Source: Pseudomonadota bacterium (lineage in GTDB: Bacteria; Pseudomonadota; Alphaproteobacteria; Caulobacterales; Hyphomonadaceae). Taken from it: 32,000 nt of DNA. Location of the stretch: positions 1-32,000 of the forward strand of contig JBCCAA010000026.1 in NCBI GenBank assembly GCA_039815055.1, in the 5' to 3' direction. Both the position numbers and the translations under genes were made by a program. A model generated the notes under the pieces. That model searched no databases. It saw only the letters and a list, made by a program, of their open reading frames with translations, and was not told where the DNA came from. Shown piece after piece: positions 25,405 through 32,000 of the stretch. Every line of letters begins with the position of its first letter. The stretch's first letter is position 1.

Positions 25405-25959
25405 ATGGGCAAGACCTACGACCACCTCACCGACAAACTGGTTGAGTTTATCTCCGCCCAGAAAATGTTCTTCGTGGCGACCGCCCCGCTGTCGGGCGAC
25501 GGCCATGTGAATGTCAGCCCCAAGGGCTATGACGCATTCAAGATCATTGATCCGCTGACCGTTGCTTATCTCGACACGGGCGGCAGCGGCATCGAAACCC
25601 AGGCCCACGCCATCGAGAATGGCCGGGTCACGCTGATGTTTTGCGCCTTTGAAGGCGCGCCGCTGATCGTCCGGCTTTATGGCACCGCCACGGTGACCCA
25701 ATGGGATGAGCCAGGCTTTGCTGATTTGCTGGCGCTGTTTCCCGATTTCGAGAAAGCGCGCGGCGTGTTCACGATCAAGCTGCATCGCATCACCGATAGC
25801 TGCGGTTGGGGCGTGCCGTTCTATGATTTCCACGGCGAGCGCGACCAGCTCAAACGGTTCGCCACAAATCCGAATAAATCCCCCGAAGACTGGGCCGAGA
25901 AATGGCGCACCGGAAACGCGGTCAGTATCGATGGCCTGCCCGGCATCCGACAGCACTAG
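25405..25959 (+). CDS. Pyridoxamine-5'-phosphate-oxidase-like (FMN-binding split-barrel) family protein
   Basis: MGKTYDHLTDKLVEFISAQKMFFVATAPLSGDGHVNVSPKG...GRVTLMFCAF is typical of the PNPOx-like split-barrel family. An AGGAG RBS overlaps the metH-N stop. Confidence 0.75.
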   Translation: MGKTYDHLTDKLVEFISAQKMFFVATAPLSGDGHVNVSPKGYDAFKIIDPLTVAYLDTGGSGIETQAHAIENGRVTLMFCAFEGAPLIVRLYGTATVTQWDEPGFADLLALFPDFEKARGVFTIKLHRITDSCGWGVPFYDFHGERDQLKRFATNPNKSPEDWAEKWRTGNAVSIDGLPGIRQH

Positions 25960-25965
25960 GCCGCC

Positions 25966-26409
25966 ATGTCGCTTCCCTCCGTCTCAAAGGGCGATGCCTT
26001 CATCTTCTACGGCCTGTTGAAACAGGGCGCTGCGGGTATGCCAGGTCATATCGACTTGGAAACCGCCGGAACGTTTGAACACCCGTGCCGGTTTCGCGCA
26101 AAGATGTACGATTTGGGCGGCTTTCCGGGCGTGGTGGCCGGAGATACGCTCTGCCACGGCGTTATCTGGCGGATTAAGGATGTGTCCGTGTTGGCCGAAC
26201 TGGACGATTTTGAAGACGTCGTGCCCGGCAATCGCGAAAGATCGGTCTACTGGCGCGATACATGGCCAGTCCGTGACGATATGGGCACTGCAACCGGCGA
26301 AACTGCGCAGATTTACGTGTACCGTGCATCCCTCGAGGACTGGCCCCGGGTCGCAGATGGCAATTGGCCGCTCGGCAAAGGGCGCAGCCGGAAAATGGGA
26401 GATGTGTGA
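25966..26409 (+). CDS. Gamma-glutamylcyclotransferase / AIG2-like (GGACT) family protein
   Basis: FIFYGLLKQG...MYDLGGFPGVV...HGVIWRI...LAELDDFEDV is the YGxL...G.YP...E pattern of the GGCT-like fold. Confidence 0.7.
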   Translation: MSLPSVSKGDAFIFYGLLKQGAAGMPGHIDLETAGTFEHPCRFRAKMYDLGGFPGVVAGDTLCHGVIWRIKDVSVLAELDDFEDVVPGNRERSVYWRDTWPVRDDMGTATGETAQIYVYRASLEDWPRVADGNWPLGKGRSRKMGDV

Positions 26410-26759
26410 TGACTTATGTTGATGGATTTGTGCTGGCTGTGCCGACAGCCAACAAGCAGGCTTATCTCGACCATGCCAGGGATTGCGTGCCGATCTTCAA
26501 GAAATACGGCGCGCTGCGTTGCGTTGAAAACTGGGGCGTTGATGTGCCCGATGGTGAGACAACATCGTTTCCCATGGCGGTGAAGGCCGAGCCCGGCGAG
26601 ACTGTCATGTTCTCGTGGATCGTCTGGCCCTCAAAAGAAGCACGTGACACCGGCATGGAAGCGCTGATGAAAGACCCCTTCTTTGCCCAGGACATGGACA
26701 TGCCGTTTGACGGCAAACGCATGATTTTCGGCAGTTTCGAGACGATTTTGGACGCCTAA
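26409..26759 (+). CDS. DUF1428-family small protein
   Basis: [43 protein letters not shown]...[13 protein letters not shown]...[13 protein letters not shown] matches my recollection of DUF1428. The start overlaps the upstream stop (TGATG). Confidence 0.7.
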   Translation: MTYVDGFVLAVPTANKQAYLDHARDCVPIFKKYGALRCVENWGVDVPDGETTSFPMAVKAEPGETVMFSWIVWPSKEARDTGMEALMKDPFFAQDMDMPFDGKRMIFGSFETILDA

Positions 26760-29389
26760 TGACCACAACCACCGCCACCTTCGTCAATATTGGCGAACGC
26801 ACCAACGTGACCGGTTCGGCACGCTTCAAGAAGCTCATCCTCAACGGGGATTACCCCGCAGCCGTCGAGGTGGCCCGCCAGCAGGTGGAAAACGGCGCCC
26901 AGATCATTGATGTGAACATGGATGAGGGGATGCTGGACGGCGCCGTGGCCATGACCACATTCCTGAATCTCATCGCCGCCGAGCCCGACATCGCCCGTGT
27001 GCCGGTGATGGTCGACAGCTCCAAATGGGAGGTGATCGAGGCCGGCCTGAAATGCGTGCAAGGCAAGGCGGTGGTGAACTCGATCTCCCTGAAAGAAGGC
27101 GAGGAGAGTTTCATCAAACAGGCGCGCACCTGCATGGCCTATGGCGCAGCGGTAGTGGTGATGGCGTTTGACGAGGATGGCCAGGCCGACACGGCGCCGC
27201 GCAAGATCGAAATCTGTCAGCGCGCCTATGAAATTTTGACGAAAACGGTTGGAATCGAGCCTGAAGACGTCATTTTCGACCCGAATATCTTCGCCGTCGC
27301 GACCGGCATCGAAGAGCACAACACCTACGCCCTCGACTTTATAGAGGCCGCGCGGGAGATCCGCCGAACCTGCCCTGGCGCCCACATTTCCGGTGGCTTG
27401 TCGAACATCAGCTTCAGCTTTCGCGGCAATGAGCCTGTGCGCCGGGCCATGCATTCGGTGTTTCTGTATCACGCCATTCCGGCGGGCATGGATATGGGCA
27501 TCGTCAATGCTGGCCAGCTGGACATCTATGACGAGATCGAGCCAGACCTGCGCGAGCGGGTTGAGGATGTAATCCTGAACCGCTCAGACAATGCCACAGA
27601 CCGCCTGATCGAGATTGCCGAGAAATTTCGAGGCCAAAAGGGCAAAACGGCGGAGAAAGACACGAAATGGCGCGAATTGGCGGTCGAAGCCCGGCTTCAA
27701 CACGCCCTCGTCAACGGCATTCTCGACCATATCGTGGAGGATACCGAAGAGGCCCGCCAAACCCGCGAGCGTCCGCTGCATGTCATCGAAGGCCCGCTCA
27801 TGGACGGGATGAATGTGGTCGGCGACCTGTTCGGGTCCGGCAAGATGTTCCTGCCCCAGGTGGTGAAATCGGCCCGCGTCATGAAGGCCGCTGTGGCCCA
27901 TCTTGAACCCTTCATGGAAGAGGAAAAACAGCGCATGGGGCTGGTTGATCAGTCCAATGGCAAGATTGTTCTCGCCACGGTGAAGGGCGATGTCCACGAC
28001 ATCGGCAAGAACATTGTTGGCGTCGTGCTGGCCTGTAACGGCTACGATATTCTCGATCTGGGTGTCATGGTGCCGGCCGAGAAAATCTTGCAGACAGCCC
28101 TGGAAGAGGGCGCGGACATGGTCGGCTTGTCCGGCCTGATCACGCCGTCGCTGGATGAAATGGTCTATGTCGCCGCCGAGATGGAACGGCGCGGCATGCA
28201 TATGCCCCTGCTGATCGGCGGGGCGACCACCAGCCCGGCCCATACGGCAGTAAAGATCGAACCGGTCTACGATCGCGGTCCGGTCATCCATGTCACGGAT
28301 GCGTCGCGCGCGGTGGGCACCGTTGGCGCGCTGATGAGTGATGAGGAGCGTCCGGCTTATTGGGAGGCCGCCAAGGCGCGCTATCAACGCATGCGTGACG
28401 ACCGAGCCGGCGCTAAGACGAAACCGCGCCTGCCACTCGAAAAGGCACGTGAAAACGCTTTTTCAGCGGGGGAATCGCCATCTGCGCCCCCACCGAGCTT
28501 CACAGGGGTGCGCACGTTTGACGATTTTGATCTGGCCGAACTCACCCAATACATCGACTGGACCCCCTATTTCGCAAGCTGGGATCTGGCGGGCCGCTTC
28601 CCACAAATTCTGGACGATGAGGTGGTCGGCGTCGCAGCAACAGACTTGTGGGCGGAGACCCAGGCCATGCTGCAGCGGATCATCGGCGAGCAGTGGTTCA
28701 AACCCAAGGCCGTGATCGGCTTCTGGGGCGCACGGCCCGATGGCGACGACATCCAGCTGGAAACAGGCGGTCGCCTCCACACCTTGCGCCAGCAGATCGT
28801 GAAAACCAATGAAAAGCCGAACTTCGCCCTTTCCGACTTTCTTTCCGCCGACGACGATCACATCGGTGCGTTTTGCGTCACGTCGGGGCCCGAAGCCGAT
28901 GTGTTGGCCAAGGAATTTGAGGCCGCGGGCGATGACTACCAGGCCATTATGGTGAAGGCTCTGGCCGACCGGTTTGCCGAGGCCATGGCCGAGATGATGC
29001 ATGCGCGCGTGCGACGCGAACTGTGGGGTTATGCGGCAGATGAAGGTCTCGATAATGAGGCGCTGATCAAGGAAAAATACCGTGGCATCCGCCCCGCGCC
29101 CGGCTATCCGGCCCAGCCCGATCACACGGAAAAAGAATTGATATTCAAACTGCTAGAAGCTGAAGATCGCATTGGCGTGTCGCTGACCACCAGTTTCGCC
29201 ATGGACCCGGCGCCCAGCGTGTCAGGGCTCTATTTCGCTCACCCGGACAGCGTCTATTTCGCCGTCGGCCGGATCGAGCGCGACCAGATCGCCGACTATG
29301 CCGCCAGAAAGGGCTGGGACATGCGCACCACCGAACGCTGGCTCGCACCGATCCTGAACTATGACCCTTATGCGCGGGAGGCGGGGTAG
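26759..29389 (+). CDS. metH: Methionine synthase, pterin-binding + B12-binding + AdoMet-activation domains
   Basis: It starts at the pterin domain ([20 protein letters not shown]). The cobalamin motifs are [10 protein letters not shown] (DxHxxG), SGLITPS and LLIGGATTS. The activation domain shows [15 protein letters not shown] 26759 overlaps the upstream TAA (TAATG). Confidence 0.95.
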   Translation: MTTTTATFVNIGERTNVTGSARFKKLILNGDYPAAVEVARQQVENGAQIIDVNMDEGMLDGAVAMTTFLNLIAAEPDIARVPVMVDSSKWEVIEAGLKCVQGKAVVNSISLKEGEESFIKQARTCMAYGAAVVVMAFDEDGQADTAPRKIEICQRAYEILTKTVGIEPEDVIFDPNIFAVATGIEEHNTYALDFIEAAREIRRTCPGAHISGGLSNISFSFRGNEPVRRAMHSVFLYHAIPAGMDMGIVNAGQLDIYDEIEPDLRERVEDVILNRSDNATDRLIEIAEKFRGQKGKTAEKDTKWRELAVEARLQHALVNGILDHIVEDTEEARQTRERPLHVIEGPLMDGMNVVGDLFGSGKMFLPQVVKSARVMKAAVAHLEPFMEEEKQRMGLVDQSNGKIVLATVKGDVHDIGKNIVGVVLACNGYDILDLGVMVPAEKILQTALEEGADMVGLSGLITPSLDEMVYVAAEMERRGMHMPLLIGGATTSPAHTAVKIEPVYDRGPVIHVTDASRAVGTVGALMSDEERPAYWEAAKARYQRMRDDRAGAKTKPRLPLEKARENAFSAGESPSAPPPSFTGVRTFDDFDLAELTQYIDWTPYFASWDLAGRFPQILDDEVVGVAATDLWAETQAMLQRIIGEQWFKPKAVIGFWGARPDGDDIQLETGGRLHTLRQQIVKTNEKPNFALSDFLSADDDHIGAFCVTSGPEADVLAKEFEAAGDDYQAIMVKALADRFAEAMAEMMHARVRRELWGYAADEGLDNEALIKEKYRGIRPAPGYPAQPDHTEKELIFKLLEAEDRIGVSLTTSFAMDPAPSVSGLYFAHPDSVYFAVGRIERDQIADYAARKGWDMRTTERWLAPILNYDPYAREAG

Positions 29390-29472
29390 AGACCGAGAAA
29401 GATTTTCTGTCATCTTTACAGTTCGCTAGTCTCACTGCGCTACGGTGGAGGGCTGTTGAATTGTGAAGGTCC

Positions 29473-29982
29473 ATGCTGACACGCATTCAGACAAAGACGT
29501 CGGCGAAGCACTCAATCGGGCAAAAAGTGCTCGGACTTGCAGTGGCATCAATTGTTGCGATCCTCGGTTGCGCATTGGTGCCCGTATCTCATGACTCCAT
29601 CTCGTGATTCTTGACCGGCTTGGAAACTGGTGGATGGAATTACGATTATTGGACGGACCTTCTTGATTTTGTTGTCATGGTCATCCTAGTCGGATCACCT
29701 TTCACAGCGTTTGTCATTTTTCCGATTGGCTGGCTGATGTGGCGGCATCAAGAGATGCGGGGAACAGTATCCTATGGGACGGCCTGGCGAATCGGATCGC
29801 TCGGCGGTGTCCTGATCGGCACGGTCATACTTGGTTTCGGTCTTTATCTCGTGACGTTTGGTGATGTGACAGACAAGCTAGGCGTATTTCTCGCTTGTAC
29901 TCTTTGGGGTGCCATGATGGTGCCAGTAGGTTTTTTTGTTGGAATTTCAGCACTTTTCGCAGCCGGCCAGCCTAAAGTTTGA
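29473..29982 (+). pseudogene. Membrane protein gene interrupted by one in-frame TGA (29605-29607)
   Basis: ATG 29473 encodes MLTRIQTKTSAKHSIGQKVLGLAVASIVAILGCALVPVSHDSIS followed by TGA. The same frame continues F-L-TGLETGGWNYDYW... into the listed 123-aa multi-TM ORF (29611-29982), which otherwise has only a TTG start and no SD. Confidence 0.45.
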
Positions 29983-30042
29983 GTTACCAACATATTCATG
30001 AAATTCGCTTATGCCTTATGCCCTAGTTGAGCGGGTAAGAGG

Positions 30043-30864
30043 ATGTATTTGGCGTTCCGGATTGGGAGCATATTTGCGCTGTTTGCGCTGGCGATCCTAT
30101 GTGCGCTGGCCCTGGCCGCGTTGGTTGATGCCTCCGGTAGTCATGATCTGCGTTCTGTTCGCGTGGCCGCGGTGGCTGGATGGGGCGCTGACTTCGAGAT
30201 GCTCTTCCGGGACCTGTTCGCACCCGCTCTCGATGGCGCGGCGGGCGCGCTTTCTGAAGCGTTGGGTACAGAGTTTGAAACCAACCGCCGCAGCGGACTT
30301 TTCATCCTGCTTGGCCTGATCCTGTTCCTGCCCTGGCTGCGGGCGAATGCGTACAAAGGTGGGCTTCGCCCGTCACTCTTCACAGCGCTGTTCATGGGCG
30401 GGCTCGCTTCTGTCGCAGTCGTCATCGCGACGGCTCTGGACTGGCCGGGCGATGTGTTTAATCGTGGGCTGATCACGGGCGTGCTCATCGGCCTGCCTTT
30501 CATCGGGCTGGCGATCAGCAATGTGTTCTACCATCTGGCCCGCAAGGAAAAGACGGGCTTTTCCTTCAGTATGGGCTGGGAGCGGGGCATCGCCGCGGTG
30601 ATCTATTTCACGGTCGCACTTGGGGCCGCCTCCCTCATGGAACTCACCGCCAGCAGTTCCGCCTATGCCTGGGTGCTGACCCTTTCGCTCATGCTGCTCA
30701 TCATCGGCGCTGTGGAGGTCCACACCAGCCAGTATCGCGGCCAGCAGCAGGATGTGTTTCGCGGCGCTGGGCTGGTCCTCATCGCTATTCCCGTCACAAC
30801 CTGGCTTGTCTTTGTGGCCGATTGGATGATCCTGATCGGCATGCTTCCAGGGGAAACCATCTGA
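30043..30864 (+). CDS. Polytopic membrane protein, hypothetical (273 aa)
   Basis: TAAGAGG RBS. About seven hydrophobic segments. I recognise no motif. Confidence 0.65.
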   Translation: MYLAFRIGSIFALFALAILCALALAALVDASGSHDLRSVRVAAVAGWGADFEMLFRDLFAPALDGAAGALSEALGTEFETNRRSGLFILLGLILFLPWLRANAYKGGLRPSLFTALFMGGLASVAVVIATALDWPGDVFNRGLITGVLIGLPFIGLAISNVFYHLARKEKTGFSFSMGWERGIAAVIYFTVALGAASLMELTASSSAYAWVLTLSLMLLIIGAVEVHTSQYRGQQQDVFRGAGLVLIAIPVTTWLVFVADWMILIGMLPGETI

Positions 30865-31244
30865 TGATTGCGAACATCACACTCGTCATTCCAGATTATG
30901 ACGAGGCGATTGCTTACTTCACGGGCATGCTGGGCTTTGATGTGGTCGAGGACACGCAAATGTCTGAGACAAAGCGGTTTGTACGGGTGCGCCCACGCGG
31001 CGGGGACACGTGTTTACTGCTGGCCCAGCCCAAAAACGACACCGAGCGTGCCGCTATCGGTAATGCAGCCGGCGGGCGGGTCGCCTTCTTCCTTCACACA
31101 GATGATTTTCAACGTGAATACAGTGCCTTGGAGACCTCGGGCGCTGAGTTTACAGGTGCGATACGCCATGAGGCCTATGGCACGGTGGTGGTGTTCAAGG
31201 ACCCCTGGGGAAATCTCTGGGATCTGGTGCAGCCTGCCGAGTGA
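30864..31244 (+). CDS. VOC/glyoxalase-family protein
   Basis: MIANITLVIPDYDEAIAYFTGMLGF...VAFFLHTDDF...GTVVVFKDPWGNLWDLVQ. ATG 30864 overlaps the upstream stop (TGATG). Confidence 0.8.
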   Translation: MIANITLVIPDYDEAIAYFTGMLGFDVVEDTQMSETKRFVRVRPRGGDTCLLLAQPKNDTERAAIGNAAGGRVAFFLHTDDFQREYSALETSGAEFTGAIRHEAYGTVVVFKDPWGNLWDLVQPAE

Positions 31245-31319
31245 ATTCTCCGTTGCGCTGCAGCAACACGCAATGGACTTGCGCAGCCTGACCGGAAGCA
31301 CCGTGAAACAGCAAGATCT

Positions 31320-31346
31320 ATTCTGATTTTGATCGATTATCAGAAT
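31320..31346. promoter_or_regulatory. 8-bp inverted repeat in the AT-rich region upstream of bkdA1
   Basis: ATTCTGAT-tttgatcgatt-ATCAGAAT, followed by T-rich sequence. It is either a weak terminator for the VOC gene or an operator. Confidence 0.3.
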
Positions 31347-31449
31347 CGAATCTCTATTTTTCTTTATTCCTTGCAAAATATACGCGCCAAATGGCATATT
31401 ATTGGGAGAATAATTGTCGCCAAAGGCGCGTTTTGGAGGAATATCCGCC

Positions 31450-32000
31450 ATGGGACAGGCCAAGCCACAGATTTCCGTGCCTTCACCGGCCTTCCGCCCT
31501 GGCGATACGCCTGACTTCGACAAGCTCGGCCTGCCGCGCCCCGGTGATCATCCCCGCCCTGACATTCTGGCCGATGCCAGCGAGACCCTGCCACTGTCGT
31601 TTGGACTGGTCGGCGTGCTCGACGAGGCTGGCAAGGCTGTGGGCGACTGGAACCCCAATCTGGACCCCGAAACCCTGCGCCAGGGCTTGAAAACCATGGT
31701 TCTGACGCGCGCTTATGATGACCGCATGTTGAAAATGCAGCGCACCAAACGGCTCAGCTTCTACATGAAATGCCTCGGAGAAGAGGCCGTGGCAGTGGCT
31801 GCCGCCCAGGCGCTGGCCGATGAGGACATGATCTTCCCATCCTATCGCCAGCAGGGCGCGCTCTTGCAACGCGACGCTGATCTGGTGGACATGATGTGCC
31901 ACTGCATTTCGAATGAAAAAGACAATCTGCTCGGTCGCCAATTGCCCGTGCACTACACAAACAAGGACCTCAACTGGTTCTCGATTTCCGGAAATCTCGG
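31450..32000 (+). CDS. bkdA1: Branched-chain 2-oxoacid dehydrogenase E1 alpha subunit, N-terminal part (runs off the window)
   Basis: It is not in the ORF track because no stop is reached. GGAGG lies 10 nt before ATG 31450. The translation ...LDPETLRQGLKTMVLTRAYDDRMLKMQRTKRLSFYMKCLGEEAVAVAAAQAL..DMIFPSYRQQGALL...LGRQLPVHYT...FSISGNL is colinear with Pseudomonas putida BkdA1 as I recall it. Confidence 0.85.
   Translation, partial: MGQAKPQISVPSPAFRPGDTPDFDKLGLPRPGDHPRPDILADASETLPLSFGLVGVLDEAGKAVGDWNPNLDPETLRQGLKTMVLTRAYDDRMLKMQRTKRLSFYMKCLGEEAVAVAAAQALADEDMIFPSYRQQGALLQRDADLVDMMCHCISNEKDNLLGRQLPVHYTNKDLNWFSISGNL

Overview
The window looks like a chromosomal segment from a roughly 55-60% GC alphaproteobacterium. 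SciP, a TacA-like sigma-54 activator, a split MetH, a class-I LysRS and a BolA/J-protein pair together suggest a Caulobacterales/Hyphomonadaceae-type dimorphic lineage, but this is inference. About 40 genes can be supported, and most are housekeeping. They include thiC (3' part), metY, an acyl-CoA ligase, an HSL-type esterase, bolA, a J-domain protein, an LpxR-family protein, bfr-bfd, lysK, mlaA-mlaC, bkdA1 (5' part), and a seven-gene translationally coupled methionine operon (arsR-methyltransferase fusion, metF, metH-N, three inserted genes, metH-C). I found no tRNA, rRNA, CRISPR array, transposase or integrase.

The most unusual locus is 14.5-17.2 kb. Directly after sciP sits a tightly coupled four-gene module. 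It encodes a 218-aa FliF-like protein, a normal-looking FliG, a 132-aa unknown protein and a 90-aa FliN. The FliF-like protein keeps only two TM helices, one bare RBM3-like ring-building core and a FliG-binding-like C-terminal tail. No other flagellar or export genes lie anywhere in the 32 kb.

Other points worth a second look:
- metH is split exactly at the Hcy/pterin domain boundary, with PNPOx-like, GGCT-like and DUF1428-like genes inserted between the halves.
- An AT-rich islet at 0.74-1.7 kb carries two small HTH genes, a perfect 15-3-15 inverted repeat and an orphan plus-strand terminator.
- Two genes are interrupted by single in-frame stops: TAG at 1802 and TGA at 29605.
- Several perfect palindromes are positioned as operators.
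- Three convergent gene pairs have zero or negative spacing.

All functional calls rest on reading the translated ORFs for family motifs. No database search was run.
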